NCBI GenBank assembly: GCA_002269645.1
Contig: NIVC01002955.1
Span: 1 to 64,000 of the forward strand
Origin: Macrostomum lignano
Taxonomy: Eukaryota
Length of the DNA stretch: 64,000 nucleotides
Direction: 5' to 3'
Shown here one piece after another: positions 24,887 to 36,400 of the stretch. A program made the translations under genes and the position numbers. Position 1 is the first letter of the stretch; every line of letters starts with the position of its first letter. Below the pieces are notes generated by a model, which made no database searches, was not told the DNA's origin, and worked only from the letters and a program-made list of their open reading frames with translations.

Positions 24887-25064
24887 ACAGGTATTTACCA
24901 GCGAAATTCATTATTATTGCGTCTAATTGCTAATTAACGATGCGCATTACTAAAAGTAGTCAAGCCGGTGAACGCGTTTTAATTATGTATTTGCTGTAAG
25001 CTTTCTCGGCACCCGCTCTGTGCTGAAAGCAGAATTCTAATTTAGCGGTTCAATTTGCTGTAAT

Positions 25065-25335
25065 TTTCCCGTTTAATTCCTCCTTATGCTTTCAGGATAA
25101 AAGCAGGCGTCATTTGTAACTTTCCGTTCAATTTGTGTACTTTTCCTTATGCTTCAGGGTTAAAAGCAATCAATTCGTGTATTTTCCTTATGCTTCAGGG
25201 TTAAAAGCAATCATTTGTACTTCCTTATGCTTGAGGGTCAAAAGCAGTTTCATTTCAATGTACTTTCCTTATGCTTGAGGGTTAAAAGCAGCTTTTCATT
25301 TTGCCGTTCCCTACGCTTTCCGGTTAAAAGCAGTG
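25065..25335 (+). repeat. Imperfect ~40-50-bp tandem repeats in the Gypsy 3' region
   Basis: Five to six copies of a TTCCTTATGCTT(C/G)AGGGTTAAAAGCA core. Confidence 0.75.
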
Positions 25336-26147
25336 TATATTTTGAACAGTTTTCGGTACCCACGTTAAGTGCGCGATTTGCTAGTTATCCAATGCGTTTC
25401 AATAATTCAGCACTCATGCGCTATATACTTATCCTTAAGCTTTCCGGCTAAAGCTCGCACCAATGCGATCATGCTTATTCAACGCGACAAATATTTATCC
25501 AATGCAAAATATTTAATCAATGCGATACAGTAAAGCCATTGCTCAATCGCGCATCCCCATTTCATGTAAGCTTCGTTGCACACGCTCAAAGTGCAGAAGT
25601 GCCCTTTTCATTATGCTTACAGAAAAGCAACCGAGTTTGTAAGCCTTCCAGTTCGATTAAAACTGAAGGTATTTCTTTCCCGTTTGCGAGCCCACTGTCT
25701 AAGGGCCCAAACTGTCCGGTGCCCCGCTCAGGTCTGGCCGCCCCGGATCCAGGCCTTGCCCTCAGCGGAAGGCATTCAAGGACTCGACCCCCCCTTTTTT
25801 TCTTTGTTCTGATTTTGAGCCTGGGAACCCGTGAAGGCCGCCGGTTTGGCTCCTCTTCCCAGTGCCATTTGTCAGCCCTGTGCATTGTAACTCTTTACGG
25901 ACGCCTCCTTGCGAATCTTATATATATGTTAACTTACTACTATTTCTATTATTCTATTTTAACTTTCTGTTTACGCGATTTTAGTTTTCTCAACCGCCAA
26001 CCTGTTCAATGTAAGCCCTTCAAAGGCCCCCATCTGATTTCATTTAGTTCTGCCCCCGCTGTGCGGTTATCTGTTTTATTGCCTTTGATTTCATGCGCCC
26101 ACCCCATTCTGTGCGCGCCCGCCATAGAGTGCAAGGAGGGGTGCCAG

Positions 26148-27498
26148 CACAGACCATATAGAATATAGACTGCGAATCTCGGGGGCCTGCCCAGGCACGT
26201 TGTGGGACAAAAAAGCAACACAAAAAATGGTCCTTCCCCAAAGCCCCAACTTCGATCGATATGTGGGACAAAAAATGGGCAAGTGCAAGTTTTCAAGCTT
26301 GAAATTTACTTATTATAGAGTTTAAAACCCCAGGGAGGCAAAATAAATGTAAATTAGATTTGAATTGAATTGATCGAATTGAATTGAATTGAAATTGAAT
26401 TGAATTGAATTGAGTTGAAATTGAAATTGATTTGAATTAGAATTTCCTTGCAAAAATATCCAGCAAAAAATCAATTAAAGCATTCTTATCCATGCAGCCA
26501 GCTTCTATAGTGTATCAAAAAGGAGAAAAGCGCCAGAAAATGTGGCAACTAGTGCTGTGCTCAGGGAGCTGAACAAGAAGCACGAGCGACTAAGGGCGCG
26601 GTTAAAGTCACAGACAGAAATTGTGAAAGTGCTGAAGGTAAAGAATATTGTGGATGTAGCTGCAGCATCCCATCTGCAGTTTCTGTCATCAAATTCATTG
26701 TTAGTGCCAACTAAAAACAAGAGGATAAAAAGTTTCCCCCTGAAGTTCGGCGATTTGCTTCCACGTTGCACTACAGTCCTAAGGCATACGAAATTACGAA
26801 TACGTGAGAAAATTTTTCCAGCTTCCGCGCATCTATCTTCTTTACGGAAATGGATCTCAAGTGTGCGATGCTTTCCAGGATTCTGCGTCCAAGCATTCCA
26901 ATAACTATTCTGCTGAACACCGAAACGATTATTCGCCGCTCCGGCTTTGATAGCTGCTTTTCAAGCTCAATCGCTGTGTCAAGAGACTTTGAATTAGAAT
27001 TTCACTTTGAATTTCAACTGCTATTCTCTGAATTAGATTCGCATTCAGCAGCTGTTAGCACAGGTATTGAGTCACACAAGCTGCAGCTGTTAGCACAGGT
27101 ATTGAGTCAAGAAAGTTATGAGCATTTTTTACATCAGAATTCGCATGAAGAAAATTGCGAAAGACATGTCGCACTTATTAAGAAAGGCAGGAAGGAGACA
27201 GAAGCTGCTGCGCACAGCAATTTTTCTTATTCTGAAAGCTCGGACTTTGAAGGACATTTTGGGGTAATTTAATTTAATTTCATTACTTTTATGTAATTTG
27301 GTTTGCGTGGCGTTTTTGTAAAAAGTAAGAAAAAATGTATCTCAATTGCATGTGTCCAATAGGAGCACAATGGAAAAGAGGCCCGCCCTGTACCACATAT
27401 CGATCTAGCTGGGGTGGGTGAGAGGGACCAGTTTCTTATGGGGGAAAATGGCCCACTTTTTTCTTCACTTTACTGGTTTATATTCTATATGGTCTGTG
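26148..27498 (+). mobile_element. Internally deleted P-element/THAP9-family DNA transposon (1351 bp) nested in the Gypsy
   Basis: Perfect 20-bp TIR CACAGACCATATAGAATATA plus a subterminal inverted GATCGATATGTGG. N-terminal transposase remnant RFASTLHY-SPKAYE..IREKIF..HLSSLRKWISSVRCFPGF and C-terminal remnant FYIRIRMKKIAK..RQKLLRTAIF. Internal (GAATT)n at ~26360-26440. No clean TSD. Confidence 0.85.
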
Positions 27499-27762
27499 GT
27501 TGAGCCCTTTTCCCCCTTTTTCAACTGTTGGTTGTTTGCCGGCCTATTTAAGCCAGCGCGCCGGCCCGGACCAGTTTTCTCTAAACCGTGTAATATTTCT
27601 GGTTTTGTAACCATCAATTTGCGACCATTTAGCGACCTAATTTTTGAAAAATCTTCAATCGGCGACCAAGTTCTGTGACTATCAAACAGCGACCAAGGCT
27701 GCGAATCATCCCTAGCGACCTGATTGGCGATCGTCAATTGCGGCCAGATCTTTCAACTCAGC

Positions 27763-28551
27763 ATGGCTCAAGACCCCATGTGGCACGGCGCTGAAGCTAG
27801 CCCTTCGCTGTTGAGCCTACTTGAGGAGGGCGGAATTGAGCCTGCCCAACTCGCCGTAGCTGAGCCACCGGCGCCACCGCCAAGCCCGGACGCTTGGGTG
27901 AATGGCTACCTGGACCAGGTCCGGGCGGCCCAAACACCAGAAATCGCCGATCTGGACATCGTCCGAATCCTGGGACCCGACCGCGTCGTACCACCAATGC
28001 CGCCAGCCGGCTGGGAGCCTGGTAGCAGTCCGGCGCTGCCTGCTGACCAGCTTCAGCCAGAGGCCCCGCAGCCGCCCGCACCTGAGCTGGAGCCCGCACA
28101 GCTCCTAGCGGAGCTGCTCAGTTGGGAACTGCGAAGCGGCCTGGGCACTCGGTGGGTTAATGATTGTCACCATTGGACAGTTTTTGCCCGACACTACCCG
28201 CCTTCCGCGGCCGCACTGGCAATTGAGGCCGTTATTTCTCAGCTGGGCGACCACCTTAAGAGAAGCAAGGCGGGGCCGCAGGTCGGCCCGACATGCAGCC
28301 TTTTGGCACTCTTGGTCGAGCACGCGGCCCTGAGGCAAGGCATCTCGCCCAGACTGGATAAGTTCTTCCAGACCACCCGAGTGGCCAGCTGGGCCCCTGC
28401 TCCGGGACCACTACATCGGCCTCCGAAGAGTCTGATGGCCAAGAGGATGCCGCCGACCTGCAGGATCAAGCCGCCCGACCACCGCGACAGAGCCGCAAGT
28501 CACCCTTCGAATCGCGAAGGATGGGCTCCCGCTAAAAGAGGCCAATACTAA
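27763..28551 (+). CDS. Intact accessory ORF3 (262 aa) of the Gypsy element, unknown function, not env-like
   Basis: ATG-to-TAA ORF ending 50 bp before the 3' LTR. Acidic Pro-rich N-terminal half, helical-looking core and basic tail; no signal peptide or TM segment. Confidence 0.7.
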   Translation: MAQDPMWHGAEASPSLLSLLEEGGIEPAQLAVAEPPAPPPSPDAWVNGYLDQVRAAQTPEIADLDIVRILGPDRVVPPMPPAGWEPGSSPALPADQLQPEAPQPPAPELEPAQLLAELLSWELRSGLGTRWVNDCHHWTVFARHYPPSAAALAIEAVISQLGDHLKRSKAGPQVGPTCSLLALLVEHAALRQGISPRLDKFFQTTRVASWAPAPGPLHRPPKSLMAKRMPPTCRIKPPDHRDRAASHPSNREGWAPAKRGQY

Positions 28552-28601
28552 GAGGCAAGGAGTTGCCTAATTCTCGCAACACCCTACGGCGCCCCCGAGC
28601 C

Positions 28602-29595
28602 TGTGGCAGGTGGGTTGCCACTAAAACTTTAATATGTCTAATAACAATAATAATAACAATTTTAATTTAATTCGACTCCCAATTCCCGGAAATTTTTCCT
28701 TGTTACTTTTTGCACGGTTGTGTCTCCTTTTTCCCGGCGTTGTTTGGAGTTCTCCTATGGTTGTCCCTTCGGTTTGCCCCGCCGTTGGAATGTGTTTCCC
28801 TTTTGTTGATATTTCCCAATTTTGCTACCTTATGTGTTGCGATTTTTTGGTTCATCTGGTTGCCCACGGGCTCGCCCACCCTGTTGTCCTGTCATCCGTC
28901 CCAACCCCCACCCTGGGATTGAATTTAATGTCTTTTCTTATTTAAGTTTTGGTTTCTGGTACGATGTTTTTTACTTCTTCCTTCGCTCTCTCCTTGTTTA
29001 GTTTTAGTTAATTTTATTCATTGTGCTGTCTCAGCATCCGTTGTCGCCCCCCCCCATTTTTCTCGTTCACAACAAAATAAATTTCCAATGCCTGCTAACA
29101 AAATGTTTTAATGAATTATAATTAATAAACAAATAACGCCGACGAATTAAATTATTAACTACTCTTTATCCATTGATTTAAGCCATAGCCTATCTTGAAT
29201 CCTTTGCCCGTGGGGCAAAAATAACCGAAGTCTCATCTCAAAGAAAACTCTGAGACCATTAGACGTTCCGTAATACATGAATTACGGTGGTGGCAGCAAC
29301 TACCCTACTAAAACTAACAAGTTCAACTCATCGACGCATTAATTTACGGAGTCAGAATCTCCTGTGTTTCTACAACTGAACGACCGTGCCGCTCTACAAC
29401 TGCTCCGCTACGATTACAACTACCCTCCCCCCGGACTTGAGAACCCAGCTGTCGGAGTAAAAGGAGAAGAAATTCGTTGGGATTCACCTGCGCAGTCTTT
29501 CTGGCTTAATTCGTGCGAACGCAACACTAACCGGTTTCAAAGAAAACCCAAACAACCCCACTTCAAATTTTAAATTCTTCTCCACCCCCACCTCA
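28602..29595 (+). repeat. 3' LTR (994 bp)
   Basis: Direct repeat of 17942-18936 (~42 differences by hand count), followed by the TSD TTTT. Confidence 0.96.
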
Positions 29596-29599
29596 TTTT

Positions 29600-30261
29600 G
29601 TGTTCTAGTAAGCTTGTGCTCTATCTTGTGCATAACTACTTTGTTTGTTTATTCTTCAACTTAAGCACTGCTAGCATCTGATTTTATTTTAGTCACCCTA
29701 TTGCTCGCTCTTGGCACCACCGAATTGTTCTCCGTCGAGTCTGCCACAAAGTAATAATTTAGTAACACTTGCAGTATACCATTATCCAGTTTATCAGCAT
29801 AATAAAATTTAACCAATTTAATAATTATTTCTTCATTCATTCTTATTCGAAGCCCTTAGTTTTCTATTGAGTTATTTGCCCACAAGATGTAAAACAATCA
29901 ATTAGTCTCATCTCAAAGAAAGCACTGAGACCCTTAATGTTCCATAATACAAAATTATGGTGGTGGCAACACTACTCTACTACTGATAGTAACAAACCAA
30001 GCATATCAACAGATTATGAATTTTACAGTGTCTGGGGACCCAATTGAATGACTGTGCCATTAAAAGACTGTCTGCTGAGGTCCTCAATTCTGGGGGGAGG
30101 GTAGTTGTAATTCGCAGTTGAGCAGAGTATCAAAGGAGAAGCAATAAGAATCAGTTCTTGAAATTTTCTAGCTTTACAAGTGCCGAGACAACACAGGTGA
30201 CAATACAAACTTAGAAACCTGCCCACCCTTACAAATTCTTTTCTTCTCTGCTCCCACCTCA
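29600..30261 (+). mobile_element. Right half of the older solo LTR
   Basis: Colinear diverged homology to the young LTR (GTCTCATCTCAAAGAAAGCACTGAGAC block; terminus TTCTTCTCTGCTCCCACCTCA), followed by the TSD CAAT. Contains a ~55-bp inversion. Confidence 0.8.
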
Positions 30262-30599
30262 CAATCTTAAACTTATTCTAGAAATTTCCTTAATTCAATT
30301 AAATGTTAATTTTACTTCTAAATCCTAAATATAGAATATATATTTTTCAATTTTATTACTGCATTTGCATGGTAGCTTTATATATAAGCATTTAACACAT
30401 TCAACTTTATTTTAACAAATGAAGTTTTTAGAATTTTCTGGTAATATGCCACGTAGTAATATAAATAAATATGGACCAAATATACAATCCCTAGTTAAGT
30501 TTCTATCTACTAGATCTGATATTTTAAACCAAAGACCTTTCTCCTAGCTTTTAATTCTGTCACACCTTACCATTCCTTTATATTCTTACCAGTATCATC

Positions 30600-32050
30600 T
30601 ATTCAAGAAGCAAATAAGATTCTACTAAAAGCTAATGACCTTGATTATAAAGCAAAGTTTGTGCATCATTTGTCACTCATTGGAGGAAAAAAGCTATGCT
30701 TAGCATTTGTAAAGATTATATATAAACTCATGACAAATGGCATATAAGTCCACTATAACAGCACAGGTTCAGATAGAAATGAAGTATTCAAACCATTTTT
30801 TCTATTGTTAGGACAGCAATTGGGATGCAGTTCAAGAGCGCCAATGTCAATGATGATATAATTTATTTAGCCATTGTCACAGCTCTAAAAATGCTCTTGA
30901 CAAAGGTGATGATGACAAGCAAAGAATACAATGTGAACCATCAACTAGTAAGCAAGAAGCAAGTTCAAGGCAATGAAAAAGTGTCATGACAATAAATGGT
31001 AAAAGGTCAAAAAAGCTTAAATTGAGCAAGGTCAGCCCAACCTTGGCTGAAACCTACCTATATTATAATATACTCATAATTCAGAAATAAACTTTCTTTC
31101 ATTCACTAAGTTTGATAGCTATATTAATAGTTCAATGTGGATACTTCAAATAATAACCTATAGTGTGCTAAAGTTTACAATGTATATAATGAGGAGAACA
31201 TATAATATGCTTAAAAACAATGACAATAGCTTGCTATGTCATAGATAGATGCACTATACAATCATAAAGCAACCCCACAATTCAATAATTCTATTAAATG
31301 GTAATAAGAGAAAGTTAAAAATTTTCTATGTAATTAATGCCAATATTGTCTGGTATATTTTATAGTTTTTACCACATACAATGTCTTTTTAATACAAACT
31401 CAACTATATTACAATTATTAAACACATTATATGCTAATATAGCTACTAATACCCACAACTATACCTTGGTTTTAGTTGTAGAAAAATGAAGAAGCTGCTA
31501 TTTTTAGCTCATTCTGACCTACTAAAGGAGCTCAATAGTGCCAACATAGTTTTTACTGATGGAACATTTCATGTTTTTCTGACTTTTTTATTAGATGTTA
31601 ACAGTGGGAGTTTCAAAGAAGGGATGTTCCTTCCCTGCTTTCTTGCACTCTTGATTGGCAAGAATAAAGCAGTCTACAAGCTGGTATAGCAAAGCTAAAA
31701 AATTATGTTTAAAATTCTAACCTGCTAATCTAATGAATGATTTTGAGTTAGCTCTATATGACTCATTCATTGAGGCCTTCCCTTACTCTAAAGCTCATGG
31801 CTATTGGTTTCATTTCATGTAGGCTGTCCTTTTTAAGTTTAAAAAGTTGGCCTACAAAGTCATTTCTGCTGCAACATTGAGGTTTAAAGCTACATCTGGC
31901 TTATTCTATGCCTCCCTATAATGCTACATGAGCTTTCTGATTTCTATGGCAAGGAGCAAAGATTGGACAAACAGCAAGGAGTCATATCATAATTTTTGGA
32001 AAACTATGATTGAAGTACCTTACCCAAAACATGTGAGAATTTATTGGTGC
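30600..32050 (+). pseudogene. Decayed Mutator-like (MULE) transposase
   Basis: VFTDGTFHV...LPCFLALLIGKNKAVY...NLMNDFELALYDSFIEAFPYSKAHGYWFHF matches the MULE DDE core, with many stops. The left boundary is approximate. Confidence 0.75.
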
Positions 32051-33441
32051 ATATGTAGGGCTTTATTGTTTTTTTTCATTTGTAATTATAATTCTACTTT
32101 ATACTTTCTCTGAACAATTTTTCATTATAGTCACATTTTATGCATCAACAACTCAAAGTATATATGATGTTTATGCTATAGATCTGTGTAGGTTAAACTA
32201 GGGCCTGCAAATCTGGTGAATGCAAGATGAAAAAATCCTTAAATGTGCTCAAATCATGGAGCTTTATCAATGCCTTAATAATAGCAGTTTGTAATTTGAG
32301 ATTTCACAAAGCATTGCTCTTTTGCCACCAACTTTTTTTTCTAAATAAGGCATGCAATGCTGTTCTACTGCTTGCTATTGCTTAGCATGGACTGACTATT
32401 GCCACTGGTGCCAAGAAAAAGCAGCAATAACTATCACTTAGTATGGATAGACTATCACTGCTAGTGTTAAGAGCAAGCAGAAACACCTGGCTGCTGCTCA
32501 TTGCTAATGCCTAGTGTTTTTCAACAATATATTGTTGCTAAATGTTAAATGCATTGGTTAAAGCTTTTTTTCTGGATTTGCTCCCCTTTTGCCACACTTG
32601 TACTCAACCTGGTCTGTGCAGAGCTACCTATGTTGTCTGCTATCTCCTTTTTTTAAAAAAAATACTTTTCTCCTTTTCTTCTCCACACCCATCTCAATAG
32701 ATTATTTAATGATATTGACAATTTATTTAAGCAGAAACACCTAACTGCTGCTCATTGCCATTGTCTAGTGTGTTTCAACAATATGTTATTGCTAAATGCA
32801 GCTATGACTTGTGGCCATGTTGTTTGCACCTTTTGTGCCAATTGACTGACTTCTATAATTGCCGTTACCTTGGTTGGTTTATTATCAAGTTGTGCTTTAA
32901 TATTCCTATCTTCATTTATATACTTAATTATTAGACTTGCAAATTTGCACATTTTTATAAAGATAAAAGCAAAAATTTAAATTAGGGCATTCAAAGCCAG
33001 CCTCCAGTTACAGCCTGGAGATAATATTATAGCCATAAGATTATAACTTTTTATAATGAAATGTACCTACTTTTAGCAGTCTTCAATTTTTCAAAACTTA
33101 TCTTTTTCAAAGTTTCATTTCCTTAAAAAGCAGCTTTAATTTATGGTACACTTTTTAGGGGAATTAAACTTTGAGAACATGATAATGCCCTATTTATATT
33201 CTTAGTCTTAATGATTAATTCTAGCAGAAAAAATATTATTTATGTTTACATCAGGTGCAAAATGGCTTATCTACTGTTAATGCAACATTTTTATGTCTAT
33301 ATTTGTGCTAGCATTTTTTAATTTTTATATATTTTTAGTTAAATTATATAATCTTTATTGTTAAGACTACTTAATTTTTTCAACCACCCTTTCAAATGTA
33401 GCTTTAGCTGTATTTCATAATTTGATAATGTTACAAAACAG

Positions 33442-36400
33442 TGTCATGCCGCAGCCCTGCACTCGCTTGTTTTTGCTAAACGGGGTGCCTAGCAGTGTGG
33501 GGTGCTCACACACTGTACTTAGTTTGTGTACACTGTACCCCTGGCTTTCCTCCCCCCTTTTTATGCCTGTTATGCCTACGCAGCCACACGTGATTGGTCA
33601 AGACCTAAAGCCAAAAATATGTATCGGCGCTCTCGCCCTACTTGGAGGGCTAAGCATTTTTGCACTGCAAAATTGAGACTGACTTCTGAGCCATTACATT
33701 GGCGTCGCAAGGCCGGACCATGGCCTTTCTACAATTGCTGTCCCCAGGAAAATTCAGTCTCAGAGACAACCCTCACTCTGTGAGCAAGCGCTGGCAGGAC
33801 TGGTCCGCCAACCTGCAGCGATACCTGGTGGCAACGGGCATTACTGACGAAGCCCAGAAGCGACAAATTCTATTGTACACAGCTAGCAAAGAAGTGAGCG
33901 ACCTGTACAACCAAATTTCTGCAGACACAGCCGACAAACCAGTCCGACCAGGGCACTGCTCAGCAGCCAATGGTCGACCAGCTCATCCAGCAGTTCAGCA
34001 ACCACCTCAAAGACCAAGACAATGTAGTTTTCATTCGCTACCAATTCCAACAGTGCCACCAGGACGAAGGAGAGCCCATAGACGCCTGGCATAGCCGGCT
34101 GTGGGGAGCCTCAGAGGCCTGCCAGTTCGAGGGCCTCCGCCAGTCACTCATCAGGGACCAAATCGTGGCCAGCTGCCGCAGCGAGTCGCTGAGAAAAAGA
34201 CTGCTGAACGTGCCAAACATCAGCCTGGCGGACACCCTACAGCTGGCCAGAATGCACAAAGCCACAGAGAAGCAGGCAGCCATCATGTCCAACATAGCGG
34301 CAATCCCGGAGGAGGTGGCACAGCTTCGATGCCAGCGCCATCCACCACAAAAGCCACCACGCGACCTGCAGTCTACCTCCAAGTGCGTCCGTTGCAGTGA
34401 GCTGGGCTACCAAAGCTGCAGCAAAGCCCAAGGCAAGTGGTGCAGCAGCTGCGGCAAAATGAATCATCTGGCCAAGGCTTGCCTCAGTGGCCACTCAAAG
34501 ATCAACGCACTGCAGCCAGAGCAAGATCAGCCAGCCGACCAGTTGGTGAGCGAAGTGTTCTGCACCCTCAGCACCAAAGATGACAGAGCCAAATTCAGCA
34601 TCGACATCAATGGACAGCAAATCCACACCCTTATTGACAGTGGGGCAAGCTGCAATGTTCTGGACAAGGCAACATTCTGCAGAGTCTGCCGCCCTGGCAC
34701 GCCGCTGACACCGTCCAACACTAGAGTCTTCGCACTCGGCGCCAGCGAACCGCTGGAGGTGGCGGGCCAGATCAAGCTACCAGTCAGTGCAAACCACCGC
34801 GAGTTGGAGGCCACCTTTATCATCATCAACAGCAGCTGCACTCCGATACTCAGCAGAGTGTCCAGCACCAAACTCGGCATGCTGAGGGTTGGTCCAGAGG
34901 TCGGAAAAGAATCTGCGATAGTGGCCAGCCTGGCCAAGCCAGCGGACTGTGAGGACCGCCATCTGCCCAAGCAACTGCAGTTCCAGAGCATCCTGGCAGG
35001 CTTCAGCGACCGCTTCCAAGGCATCGGATACGTCAAGGGAGTCAGCGTCACCATCAAGCTAAGGCCAGATGCCAACCCAGTCTGCCAGCCATTGTCCCAC
35101 GTACCAGTCCACCTGAGGACAGCAGTTGTCAAGGAGCTCGAGGACCAACTGGCACAAGGCATCGTCGAGCGCGTGCACAGCCCAACAGCCTGGTGCTCCA
35201 GGATGGTGGTGGTCCCGAAGGCCGAGCAGGGAGAGGTGCGCATCACCCAAGATCTACGCCAGGTCAACAAGTACGTGGTCCTAGAAAAACAACCGATCCC
35301 AACATTCGAGGTGACTGATGAGATGGCCGGGTTTGAGTACTTCTCAGAGCTTGAGGTCGCCAAAGCCTTCCATCAAATTGAAGTCGCCAAAGAGTCCAGG
35401 GACCTACTGACGTTCTCCACGCCCATCGGCCTCCTGCGACTGCGCCGTCTCTGCATGGGCTATACATCCACCTCAGAGATCCTGCAGCGGGTGATGACCT
35501 CCATGCTGAGTGGTCTCCCAGGCATACGCTGGGTGCATGACGACATCCTGGTGTACGCGAAGGACATCAAGGAGCACAATCAGCGTCTTCGAGACTGCCT
35601 GGCTCAGCTAAAGGAGAGCAATATCACACTGAACGCCAAGAAGTGTCGATTCGCCCAGCAGGAGGTCGACTTCCTTGCCATGCGCCTCACGGCCGCCGGC
35701 ATCCACCCGAGCAAGGAGAAGGTGGAGGCTGTCCGCAGCTTCAAGCGGCCAACCAACGCGACCGAGGTCCGCTCCTTCCTGGGCCTTGTCACCTTCGTGG
35801 CCCGCTTCATCAGCAACCTGTCCGACAGAGCCCGGCCATTATGGGAGCTGATGAAGCGAGCTGCCGAGTGGACCTGGGGCGAGCAGCAGGAAGCCGCTTT
35901 TAACGACATCAAGCGCACAATCTCCAGCAGCCAGGCGCTGGCATTCTTCAACAGCGAACTGCAGACCCAGCTGATTGTCGACGCCAGCCCGACTGGCGTC
36001 GGCGCCATCCTGGCCCAGGTGCAGCCTGACGGATTGACACGATCCGAGATCGACACGGATCGACACGAGCGTTGGTGGCCTACACCAGCCGCAGTCTGAG
36101 CCCAACTGAGCAGCGCTACTCCCAGATGGAGTGCGAGGCCCTGGCAGTGAAGTACGGTGGCCTGAAATTCCGTCACTACCTCAGCGGCGGCGGACAGTTC
36201 AAGGTCATCACTGACCACGTCACCACAAGCCGCTGATCTCGCTGTTCAGCCCGGGATCTTGTCCACCGCCAAGGATCGAGCGAATGGCACTGTGGCTGCA
36301 AGACCTTGTGTTCCAGGTGGTGTACCAGCCTGGTGCCAACAACCCATCCAACGTTTTGAGCCGATGCCGCCCAACAACGTTGGTGAGCAAGAAGACGCCA

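Larger units (their letters stand above)
17942..29595 (+). mobile_element. Full-length Ty3/Gypsy LTR retrotransposon, 11.65 kb, non-functional copy
   Basis: Two ~995-bp TG..CA LTRs about 96% identical, a 4-bp TSD TTTT, a tRNA-type PBS, gag, pol in PR-RT-RH-IN order, and an extra 3' ORF. Confidence 0.96.

Noticed and set aside
27763-28551. ORF3 as an envelope gene
   Set aside because: No signal peptide, transmembrane helix, furin site or Cys pattern.
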